NCBI GenBank assembly: GCA_001662655.1
Contig: KV460225.1
From: Pseudogymnoascus verrucosus
Lineage: Eukaryota
Reading direction: 5' to 3' (one strand)
DNA: 64,000 bases
The notes below the pieces were generated by a model. That model was given only the letters and a program-made list of their open reading frames with translations, was not told the origin of the DNA and did not search any database. Numbering within the stretch: position 1 is the stretch's first letter; each line of letters opens with the position of its first letter. Positions 37,580 to 48,729 of this stretch are shown one piece after another. The translations under genes and the position numbers were made by a program.

Positions 37580-38860
37580 TCGGAACGCTCGGTAAGGTGT
37601 CGCTATCATTATCACACCGGTTTGTTCCCTATTTGACTGTGATCGTCGGTCCCCTTGCTTTGTGTGGCGTCCTGTTAACGGCGTCCCGGGATCTGGTAAG
37701 ATACAGTAAGCAAATTTCTCCTTCAGTTGCGTAGGGACCGTTGCAGCGGTATTTCCCTCGTTCGGCGGTGGCAGCGGTGGGAGACCACGGTTCTAGGCTT
37801 GAGGCGTGATGTGGTATTATCAATATCACTATCATACTCATTCCCCCCCCATTTGACCGCGATCGTCGCCCCAATGCCGCCCCCTTGCTTCATACAGCGC
37901 CCTCCCCTAACTTGCGTTCCGAGATCCGGTAAGAGCAGACACAGTAAGCAGATTCCCCTCCAGTCATGCATGCAGTGCCCATTCCGGCCATATCTCCTCG
38001 TCCGTCCAGACCGCGCCATCTACCCCATCTCACCTCGAGTTCGCTCGTTTTCCCCCTGTCCCTACCCGCGCCGATGCATTCTAGAATCTCGGTATCAGTA
38101 TCACCCTCTTTATTTCCGAATTCGTCGCGATCGTCAACCCAATGCTGTCCCTTGCTTCGTGTGGCGTCTCGTCAACGGGCGTCCCGAGATCCGGTAAGCT
38201 TACGACAAGCAATGTTTTCTGCTGTAGTTAGGTCCCATCACGGCGGTATTACCTCGAAGGGGAGATAGCACCATCGCATCGCTCTGTCCCTACCCGCGGG
38301 GTTCGCACGCCATGGGAGCTGCCGGGCTCGGTATCACTATCACATCCGTTTCTTCTGCATTTACCGAGATGCCCCTTACTTCCCCAACGCCCGTAACTGC
38401 GTCCTGGTGGTTGGAACGCTGAGGGGCCGGGGCGGCGGTATTGCCTTGATGGGGAGATGGTGCTGTATCGTTCTGTCCCTAGCCGTGGGATTCATGCGTT
38501 CTGCGAGCTTAAGCTGGGTATTACTACCTCCCTCTCCCGTTAATTGTGAAGTCCATCGAAGATCGACGACGCAATATCAGTCCCTTACTTCCCCCAGCGA
38601 CCGTTGACGCAGCCAGGGTGTCGTCCTATCACATCCCATCCGTCCGTTCACACCCCATCGCAGTTACGAGATGCGTCCTTCCAGCGATATTTCCCCGTTC
38701 GACCTATGCTGCATTCCTGTACCCCTTCGTTTCAGCAGGAATACACGTTCTAGGCCTCCTCGGTCTCCGTTTGTCTCTCATTCCTGTATATATATCTCTA
38801 AACCTCTTGGGATCGACAAACCCAACGTCTGTCCCTTACTTCCCCAACGCCCATTCCGTC
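37580..38860 (+). repeat. Highly decayed ~230-270-bp tandem repeat
   Basis: GATC(C/T)GGTAAG at 37690, 37923, 38188; TATCA(C/G/T)TATCA at ~37604, 37824, 38093, 38332; CCCTTACTTCCCCA at ~38374, 38582, 38833. Confidence 0.7.
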
Positions 38861-39386
38861 CTCCCGCCGCCTGGAAAGTCCATCTCGACCTCTTCATCCT
38901 GCAGCCATGACCCATAGCGGCGATATTCCCCTTTCCGCGTCCCCTTTCTGCAGGATCTCACTTTTTCATCTCTCTGTACTACCTCACCCATCCCCCCTCC
39001 CCCCACGGCCTCTCGGTAAGCATATCCAGCCATTCCGCTGCAGCGAGTACCCGTTATGGCGGTATCCACAACGAGCTGGTAGGACAAACAAACATATCTC
39101 GCGTTTTCCACCCTCCTGCCGCTACCCGCCGGATGATACATTCTGGGTGTTCCGCTTCTCGGTATCACTTTCTGGGTTTATGGCCGCCCCACTCCCTTGC
39201 TGGGAGTGCTCGAAAGGGAGTCCCGGGGTTGCGGGATGCCCTTTCCTGTTTTTTTTGTTTTTTTTTGTTTTGGAGAGGGATTTTCTGCGGTTTGGTAGCG
39301 GTGGGGGGGTGGGGGGAGGGGTTGGCTATTGCGTTGGAGGGGGATCTTTGGGGAGGCAGTTGGGGGGGGGTTTACGATTTACTCTG

Positions 39387-39506
39387 GAGCAGGATTTGGG
39401 GAGCAGGATTTGGGAAGCAGGATTTGGGGAGCAGGATTTGGGGAGCAGGATTTGGGGAGCAGGATTTGGGGAGCAGGATTTGGGGAGCAGGATTTGGGGA
39501 GCAGGA
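39387..39506 (+). repeat. 14-bp minisatellite GAGCAGGATTTGGG, about 8.5 copies
   Basis: Near-perfect tandem array read directly (one G>A variant). Confidence 0.97.
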
Positions 39507-39910
39507 ACTGGAGATGGATGGCTGGGTGCACACTCTTTGGATCACTTCTATAGTAGAGAGGGGGCGGTGGTGGTTATTTGCTCGATTAACCCGTCGATTT
39601 CGTTGGTTTTGATAGCTGGACGAATAGTATATCTACAACTACCCCTTAATCTTCTCTGATTTGCACTGGTATACCCCCCTTTTTCTCAACCCGCGAGGCA
39701 CGTATCCCCCGCGCCTTACACACATCCATCCATCCATACACACACCATAGACCACAAAAGCTGGATACAGCTTTGAAGCTTACCACTCCCCCATTATCAT
39801 AGAATAAACCCCATCATCAACAAATCCCACCCCGTCAATAACCTCTCATCCCACCGTATCAACACCCCCATACCTCCCAATCAAACAAAAACGCCAAACC
39901 ATACCCCCAA

Positions 39911-42900
39911 TTAACCACCCCTCCCCACTCCCCTTCCTCTCCCCCGTCCCCCCCCCCTTCCCCGTCTCGCAAACCCCAACCCCAACCCCACCGTCCCGCC
40001 CCTCCCAGCAACAGGGACAACCCTCCGCGCCGGAATCTCTTCATCTGCATCCCCCCCATCATCCGATGACTCCTCCGACGTCGGGCTTCCCACCTTCTCA
40101 ATTCCCCTTTTCTCCCCTACCCCACTCGTCTGCTGAGGTGAGAAGCGGGGGAGGCGGATTTGCATCCCTCCTCCACCCCTCGGCGGTGCCGTGGCGGCTG
40201 GTTTCACACTCACCGCGCGAGTCTCCGCAAGTTTTGTTGCGGGAACTGTAGCTGGTGCAGCTTTAACTGGGGGAGGTGGAGACGGTGAGACAGACTCCTG
40301 CTCTTCCTCCTCATCAAGAAACATAGCCTTAAACCCCGCACTCCCACCCGCTACAGCCGGTTTCGGGGGTCCCCCACGCTTAACCCTCGCCCTCTCCATC
40401 TCTTCTTTCATTTCCTCCTCGGCTAGACGCATCGCTTCCATCTTCGCATCCCTGTAGCCGGTTGAGATGACACTCCCCGCGCTCGACGCTGCTCCCGAGG
40501 GCGGGGGTTGTTGCGATTCCGCTCTGTCGGCGACGGAGGGGGTGGCGGATTGGTAGTGCGAGGAGTGCGAGGAGTGCGAGGAGAAGAATCCCCCATCATC
40601 GTTATCGTCGTTGTACACAATCTCACCATCATCATTATCGTCGAACCGGATAGGACTATCTGTACTCACACCCGGCACCGGACGAGGAGAGAGGGATGTG
40701 CTACCATCCATATCCCTACTCCTCGGCCTCGCATCCGCGTCCTTGTGTATCGAGTTCGCTCGGGATGAGGCGCGCAATGGAGAAATAGTGATAGTCTCCG
40801 CGGCCGTCGTCTCAGCGGGTGGTGGATTCTCCGTTTTGATGGGAACAGAGTTCACAGCTGTAAACGAGTTGGTGGGTTCCTCGACTTCATCGCTGTCATC
40901 GGAAACGAATAGACTAGACCCCCTCCTCTTTTTCTCGAGTCTCGTATCCGCCTCAGCATTTTGTGCTTCTGGAGAGCGCGGGCGTTTATTAGCTTGTAAT
41001 CCCTCATCCACTCCTAAACTCGTAGATTTGCGCGGTGGTCGTCCCGGGTCTCTCTTCTGAGCGATGGCTGGTTCGGCAGCTGGAGCATCTGGGGCTGCAG
41101 GTTTCTGAAACATCCCAGATCTCCGCATTCGTGTGCCAAGTGGTGGTGGTGCTGCTGTTGTTGTACCGACGCCGTTCTCAGGCGCGGGCGTTGTAGAAAC
41201 AGCAACCCCCGATCGACGCGGTCGCCCAGGTCCGCGTTTCTGAATCTCTGGGCTGCTGATGGTGGGCTCGGGCGCAGATTCAGAAACTTCAGACCTACGC
41301 GGGCGACCTCCTATGAACCTCCGGTTTTCCGGGCCGCTGATGAGGTGGGGTTCAAGCGCTGGAGGTTCCGAAATCCGGGATTTCGGTGGTCGACCCGGTC
41401 CACGCCTCTGTATTTCTGGACTGTTGCTGAGGATAGACTCGCGCGCAGGTTCAGGAACGTCGGATCTGCGCGGTGGTCGACCCGGTCCGCGCTTGGGCGT
41501 ATCTACGTTGTTGGCGAGAGATAGTTCGGGTGCCATAGTTGCTGAAACTTGGGATCTGGGAGGCCGTCCTTGTGATTTCCGCGGCTCAACTACGATGGTA
41601 CCTTCCTTCGCCGGAGGAGCAGATATCGATCCACGAGGGGCACGCTCCTTCTCCTGCGGTGCAGATACCGAACCACGAGGGTAACGCCTTACTGGAACAA
41701 TAGTGTTGATCTCCGGCTCCTCTTCCTCATCCTCATCATCCTGAAGGTATACCGCATTCTCGCGAACATCAGAAGTGACGACCATAGAATCAACCCCCAC
41801 CTGCTCCTTCCTCCCCAAACTTCCCCTCCCCGGTCTCGGATTATGTCTGGGCGCCTCCTCCTCACCAAACGCCTGCAGCCTCCCCAAGAACTCCTTATGA
41901 TTCGGCAGCAACAGCTTGACTTTACACGGTTTCCCGCCTTCAAGTTTATTCTTCGTCATAAAAAACTTCCCCTCCCTCTTCGCATCGGTCAATTTCTGCT
42001 TCTTCTGCGCGGCTTGGAACTGTAAATACGCCTCATCTACTGGACCCTTCAGGCTCTCACGCTGATGCTTCTTGTTCGGACGCACCAGAAGCCCATCTTC
42101 AGAGTCTGATTGTAGGCGCGGGTACGCGGCGTCCTGGTGTTCGTCTTCGGCGGCGGCGTCGGGGGCGTCGAAGAGGATCTTGTCGGCGTCGTTGCGCTGC
42201 TGGTAGTACCCTATTCCCATCATGCGCTCGCGGGGGATGCCTTGGGGGTCTGGGTAGACGGAGTCGGGATTTTTCATTACGTCGGCCGGGGATGCGAATG
42301 CGGGGTTCGCATCTACGTCTATGGTTGGGGGTAGCTTGGAAACGCCTGTTCCTCCAAACATGGGTGCAGTAGGCGCCCCTCCATCTCCACCAGATAACAG
42401 CGCGGGGTCGATCGCATCGCCCACAGGCTGCATGTCCATGTGCTGACTCCCCATACGCTGACCCATCTCAGAGTCTTCCTCCAGCGTCTCATCACGGGAC
42501 TTCTCAGCCTGCGCCTTCTCCATCAACTTCTTCATCCTTACGGAATCCTTCGGCGCTGTATCCTCCTCCCCCTTCAACCAAGCGAGGTTCGTGCGGCTGA
42601 AATCGACCAAGCTTTCTACACTGCGTGGATCAGCGACCATGCGTGTGTCGTGGCCAAGTAATGTGCCTTTCGGCTGGTAGGGAATCTGCTTGGACGAGTT
42701 CACTCTACGGCACGCGCCGCAAGAACAGATCAACCGGCATTTCGGGCATTGCCAGTCCAACGTCTCCATGATCTTCTCTGGCTTGATGTCAAAGGCCCGC
42801 CAAAGAGTACCATAACAGTACGAAAGTGGACACGTAGTGCAGAAAGCAAGTTTCCAGTCCGCCTCCATTTTTCTGCAGATATGGCAAGTTGACCGGTGCT

Positions 42901-44718
42901 TCTTCTCAGCGAGGGATTGCCGCTTGCCTTTCCTCTTCTTTGGTCGGCCTTCATCATCGGCTTCTGGTTCGACGTCGGAGTCGCCAGGAAGCGGGTCGAG
43001 GACATGTGGCTTCGTTATGTCGCGCCACGGCCTCTTTTTGAGTTGTTCTTGACATATCTGAGCAATTGGCTTCTTGCCAGAGTGCTGCCTTTCTATCTCC
43101 AACGTTTGAGGTGAGGTGTTATCAACGTATCCATCAATGTACAAGACCATTGCACGCCATACGTCGTAGCGCTTAGTTAACTCGGGCCAGCGCCATTGCT
43201 CAACCCACTGTAGATTTGACAAACAGGCGCAAGATCGACCCATAGCGTAACAATCCATACATATATCATACGTATCCTCATCGCCATTCTCTAGCTCTCC
43301 AACACAAGTCTTGCATGTCAAGAACCGATTGAAAATGTTGCACCGGCAGTAAGAGCAAGTGACGTTGCTATCGAACTGAATAAACTCGACGTTCTTCTCC
43401 TTCGGCATATCAGGCGAAAACATCTCGCTCACTAAAATCGTCTTGTAGAGCCCGAAAAGGCGTTTGAAGTCTCGCTGTAGCTGTCTCACCCTCGGAGCAA
43501 ACCTGACCGGCTCTGACTGATAAGCACCAAAACCAGACTCCTCTTCCTTTTCTGTCTTCTGCAGATCGGTGTAGTATCTCAACAGCGAATAGTATACAAT
43601 AGCTTTACACTTATATTGTTCGTCCCTGCAGACCATGCGCGCGCGTGGCAAGGCTTCGGAGAGCGCCATCTCAAGCGTCTCCACCGTCGTGCGGTTCCAT
43701 GCCACCTTCATCGTCCGCGTGCCCCTATTCCAGACCTGATGCGGCGCAAGCGGCGGGATGAGAATGAAATCTCCCACCTTCTGCTCAACTATGTAGACTG
43801 GGAAAGGCGCCTTTTTCCAGGCAACAATCTGGGCAAAGTGGTTCTCAACCTCGATATCGTGACCGAGCATAGACAAGAAGTACTCGCTAACAACCTCCCT
43901 ATCCTTCGTCTCGGTCATGAACCAGATAGAACTCCCCGGCTTCTCGCCCTTGCCCACATCAGACGTCTCGACCATGATATTCTGCCCAACCGTTGCGCAC
44001 ATCTCTCGGTGGGCGGGGGTGTAGGTCCCTTCGTGGCCGATATAGCACATCATGTTCTCCGCGCGCATCTCCGGTGGTAGATTGCTCATCAGGTCGCCGG
44101 CTGGAGCAATTCCTTGCCCCATAACGAGGTGGTTGTATTTGTCCCTCTCGTGCACGGATCCTGGGCCGCCTTTCTCTCCAACGCAGTTGTTGAGGTATAA
44201 GAGTGTCTGGGGAATGTATTCGCGTAATTGGTGATCCCATGCTTCGGGGCAATCGATATCCTTGAGATAGAGGCGCTGACGCTTGGCATCACGGAAATTC
44301 GTAGGTGTCCATTGCCTCGTCAGTTTCTCTAGAGAATTGAGGTAATGGCCGATTGTCATGGGGACGTTGGTATGATTAGCAATGTCTCGAACTTGCTCCT
44401 CTACTGAATGTTAGCAGGTGATATTGAAGTGAGGCGGACATACTGACGCTTCTTGCCCAGGTTATCTTGCATCCAGGTCGCGCTGTACAGCCACGGCGGG
44501 AGATCACTCTCCCAACCTTCCACGACCAGAGGTTTGCCGCCCTGGATAACATGCAACAGGACCAGCTTTTCGAATTCTTGTAGGCCCAGTTCCCTGATCT
44601 GGTCGGTGGAGATACGAATCACATAGTCGAAGTTGGGCGTCTTCTCAACGAGGGCGCTGAGGTCGAGATCCGGCGGTATGGGATCGAACATCGCCTGGGG
44701 GTGAAGATTGGAAGGCAT
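39911..44718 (-). CDS. dmm-1: JmjC-domain chromatin protein with Cys-rich fingers (zf-4CXXC_R1-like) and AT-hook-like repeats; probable orthologue of Neurospora DMM-1; exons 44718-44448, 44400-39911
   Basis: JmjC with LYLKDIDCP, TPAHREMC (HxE) and APHQVWN (His); CSYCRC..CKTC..CMDC cluster; CHIC..CTTC..YCYGTL..WQCPKCRLICSCGAC; intron 44447-44401 in frame. The orthology is from recalled domain architecture only. Confidence 0.82.
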
Positions 44719-45601
44719 CTTGCTTGGTCCCTAGCTTCTAGGCGCAACTTGGATGGGTACGAGTATGATCTCCGGCCAAGCCCCCCCTCACTTCAGCGAG
44801 AGAAAGCTATGGCGGAGAGCAATTCATTAGAGGTGAGATGATGGAGGCAAAGGTAGAGCCAGAGTTTGTAGTGAATGCGACAAGATTGTGGTTGTAAAGT
44901 TGAGCTGTGGTTGCGCCGTTCGAAGGTTGTCTGTCGAGTGGGTCGTGTATAAATTGATGAAACCAGGTCCGGAAAGCCCGCGTTGGTTGCGCGTTGTGGC
45001 AAGACTCCAAGCTCTTTATAAAGACAGAGCTTATTTAGAGAGTAAACTCGCGCAATGCGATTGTAATAAAACGGTGAACCACCGAGGCAAGCATCTATCA
45101 ACTCGAGGTAAGAGTCGCAATGTTTGGAGCACCCAAATCAGGCTAGCCTGAGCCTTGCCAGGGCGCTTTGGCCACAACCGGGAATCTTCAATGATGGGAC
45201 GATGAATTCCAGCATCAAAACCATAAATCGCCGACACAAAAACCTTGTCACTTTGTAAGTGGATAGCTCTTTATTTAGAATGCACATTCCAGCAGGATAT
45301 TATACGTTCCATTATCTCCTTTGGCTAGCTTCTGGCTCTCAATTCAACTTTCGCAAGTCACGGGATCCCTCGGAGGAGGATGGGGAAGCTTGAGGCGAGC
45401 TCTAGGAGATCTTTCAAAAGACATTGGACGCTCGTTGCTTATTTTGTTGGATATAGAGGATGTATTTATAGGGTGCCTGCTATTATTTATTGCTTTGATT
45501 CTTACCGCGAGGCTATCCAGCCACCGTCCAGCGCTATCATCTTTGTCGCGTCCAATTGATAAAGAATTATACTAACTTCGCTGATACAGGGGATAAGGGC
45601 C

Positions 45602-46840
45602 ATGTTGGTCAAGCAGGCACTATGCGGCCTCCCAAGAGGCTACAGCAATGCCCTGCTTAGGCCAGCATACATCAGGGCTGCAAAACCCCTCTGTTCCTTG
45701 GTCACCAGGAACCATCACGTCTCTCGGGCTAGACCTCCTAAAGCGGCTTCTGTCTGTACTGCACTCACTAGCCGCCGCCAGCTATCAGTATCACAGACCG
45801 CCGCCTCCCCAACAGCAGTGGCAGAGGCAGCAGATCCCGATGCATTGCCGGTGACACCCTATACGCCACCAACCACTGGCCTCCTCTCTGTCCTTCCAGC
45901 ATCATGGGTTCCATATGCAGAACTAATCCGCCTGGACAAGCCGACGGGAACCTACTACCTTTACTGGCCCTGTCTGTTTTCTACCCTCCTCGCTGCACCC
46001 CTCGCCATGCCCATGGCCACGCCCCTTTCAGTCGTCGGGACCTCCCTCCTCTTCTTCAGCGGCGCCATCATCATGCGCGGCGCAGGCTGCGCAATCAACG
46101 ATCTATGGGACCGGAATCTAGACCCACACGTGCGTCGCACGCGTCTCCGGCCAATAGCGCGCGGTGCCATAACTCCGTTCAAAGCCCTCGCCTTCACTGG
46201 CACCCAGCTCTTTGCAGGTCTCGCGATTCTTCTACAATTCCCAACGCAGTGCCTCTGGTACGGAATCCCGAGTTTGGTGTTAGTAGCGAGCTACCCGCTC
46301 ATGAAGCGCATTACGTACTACCCGCAGATGGTCCTAGGATTAACCTTTTCCTGGGGTGCCATCATGGGTTTCCCGGCTCTCGGCGTCGACTTGCTGCAGA
46401 ATAACGCGGCTCTGGCAGCGGCTGGCTTGCTTTATGCGTCGAATAACGCGTGGGTCGTCTTATACGATATGATTTACGCGCATATGGATATCAAAGACGA
46501 CGTCAAGGCTGGCATTAAAAGCATCGCCCTCGCTCACGATAAGGATACCAAGGCAATTCTCTCTGGGTTGGCCGTCACTCAGATCGGGCTTCTGGCTGCG
46601 GCTGGATTTGCAGCTGGATCCGGGCCAGCTTTCTTCATCGGTAGCTGTGGAGGTGCGGCTCTGACGCTTGCTGTGATGATCAAGAAGGTCAATCTAAAGG
46701 ATGCTAAGAACTGTTGGTGGTGGTTTGTCAATGGCTGCTTGTATACGGGCGGAATCATCTCAGCGGGAATGGGAGCGGATTATTTGATCCGATATTATGG
46801 AAACGAAAAGTTGGAGTCACAGAAGCTGGAGTCAGAGTAG
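45602..46840 (+). CDS. COQ2: 4-hydroxybenzoate polyprenyltransferase, mitochondrial (UbiA family)
   Basis: ELIRLDKPTG, MRGAGCAINDLWDRNLD, RTRLRPIARG, YDMIYAHMDIKDD motifs; Arg/Ser-rich transit peptide. Confidence 0.96.
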   Translation: MLVKQALCGLPRGYSNALLRPAYIRAAKPLCSLVTRNHHVSRARPPKAASVCTALTSRRQLSVSQTAASPTAVAEAADPDALPVTPYTPPTTGLLSVLPASWVPYAELIRLDKPTGTYYLYWPCLFSTLLAAPLAMPMATPLSVVGTSLLFFSGAIIMRGAGCAINDLWDRNLDPHVRRTRLRPIARGAITPFKALAFTGTQLFAGLAILLQFPTQCLWYGIPSLVLVASYPLMKRITYYPQMVLGLTFSWGAIMGFPALGVDLLQNNAALAAAGLLYASNNAWVVLYDMIYAHMDIKDDVKAGIKSIALAHDKDTKAILSGLAVTQIGLLAAAGFAAGSGPAFFIGSCGGAALTLAVMIKKVNLKDAKNCWWWFVNGCLYTGGIISAGMGADYLIRYYGNEKLESQKLESE

Positions 46841-47322
46841 GATACGTGTAGACTTGTCAGATAGTGTATGATTCTGTAAGATAGGTATAGATAGCATTGT
46901 AAGCTAGTTAACTGCATAAATTGCTATAAATAAAGACCCGTGTATTGCGCCAACACGGCCTATACCCTTAAAACCATCGGCGACGATATCTGAGAGTATA
47001 TTGATCCTTTGATGCGAATAAACTGCATTGGCATATATTACACGTGAAGTTGTCTATCAAAATTGGTCTCCGATGGATGTGTGGAGACTAGTGCCAATAA
47101 TCCAAGTGAGAGAGCGAGCCAATCCCTGCATCCACATGCACTATACTCTATTGTGACCACAACACCACCAGTTCACCAAGTTCACCAAGTTCACCCGTGC
47201 GCTCCGGCCGCATCTTTGTCGCAAACCTTTGGATCATCACTTTCACTCCCCGAAACCTCCTAGAACGTCTCCCGCTTCTTAGGATCCGGCCGACAAGATC
47301 AATAAGCACTGCTGTCGCAATC

Positions 47323-48729
47323 ATGGCTACCACCGATACAGCACCAAAGGCGACACCTCCGCAACATGGTAGGTCCTATCCAAGCTCCCCCAGTCAGCTT
47401 CGAGAACTGTCCAGGGCAGCAGCTCAGCAGCTCAGCTAGCTATGAATGAAGAACCAAGCTGACCAATGTCCAGACCGACAAGGGCGCCGACGACCTTTCG
47501 CATCATGGATGAAGAAACTAGCCAACTTCAAGAGCACCTCATCCTCAGACGCAAACGACAGCTCAAACGGAAAACGCAATGGCTACGCTCTGAAGACCCA
47601 ATCCAAGAAGAAGAACAATGGCCCATACATGTCACCGCCCAATGGGCGCCACTCCCTCTCTACCATTCCGACAAGACGTACAGCGAGCGCATCCTCCAAT
47701 GGCAACGGCGAGCCATCCTTCGGATCGTCCATCGATGACCTCCCATCCCACGCCGTCGGATACAGATCCAACGCGCCGACCGTATCGACCGAACGAGACG
47801 CCGCACGCTCTCTCGCCGCCCAATCACACGCCGCATCATCCGCCGAAGGCACAACCCCCACCATCGGCGGCCCCAGCATGACCATGAGCCGAGGCGCCGA
47901 CAGCACCTTCTCCTCCCCAGCGCCATCCCTGCGCTCCCTCACTACAACCCTCACAACCGTGCACTCCACCGGCGCAGCTCTCGGCGGCCCCAACCAACCC
48001 AACCACAGCCACCACGGAAGCGCCACCCAAACCACAAACCCCACGCTTTTCTCGCACCAATTCCCCACCTCCCCTCCACCCTCCGCACTCCCCTCCCACC
48101 TCGCCCCTCCCCTAGGAAGCGGCGGCCACCCAGCAACCTACAACACCGCCACAGCCAACAACCTCCTCACCGACAACGCCTCGATCCTCACCCTCGCCTC
48201 GTCCTCCAAGCGCCGCCGTCGCCGCTCCATGGACACCGACGCCTCTGTCCGCGCCCTCGCGCCCTCCTCCCTCTTCGGCGGGAGCCGCGAGTCCCTCCCC
48301 CTCAGCGTGCTCAGCGCTAACATCGACGCTCCGCCAAGCGCCACAACCAGCGCCGCCATACAAGCCCGCATCGGCACCGAGCGCGCGAGCATCTACTCCG
48401 CCACCGGTGTCGCGCCCGCGCTACCCAGCGAGCGGAACAGCCTTTACACCAACAAACAAGGCATTGTCGGGGACGGCGGGAGCATCAATAGTGGCCGTCT
48501 TGGACATGGGAGGGCGGATAGCGTGACAGGAAGTATTGCGGGGATTGCGGGGGCGAGTAGTCCGCTTGTGAGCTCGAAGGAGAGAGAGGCGGCGGGTAAT
48601 GGGAGGTTGAGTAGGGCGAATTCGGGGTGGGGGGAGGTGACGGATGTGGCGGCTGAGGGGGAGAAGGGGGATGCGGAGAGTGAGGAGACGGAGACAGAGG
48701 TGGAGAAGAGGGAAGGGGGGAAGGCTTGA
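47323..48729 (+). CDS. Ser/Thr-rich, largely disordered fungal hypothetical protein; exons 47323-47368, 47474-48729
   Basis: Long ORF; GTAGGT..CTGAC..CAG intron in frame; conserved-looking block DNASILTLASSSKRRRRRSMDTDASVRALAPSSLFGGSRESLP. Confidence 0.78.

Noticed and set aside
36978..37595. 205-aa ORF with 31-aa repeats (LLWEFCICHVPP)
   Set aside because: Non-ATG start; the open frame is explained by the 93-bp minisatellite being a multiple of three
38907..39659. ORFs with EQDLGSRIWGAGFG repeats
   Set aside because: The same peptide appears in all three frames because of the 14-bp repeat; no coding evidence
31288..39694. CGGGTTGAGA / TCTCAACCCG as possible terminal inverted repeats of an ~8-kb element
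   Set aside because: Only ~10 bp match, no target-site duplication and no transposase between them
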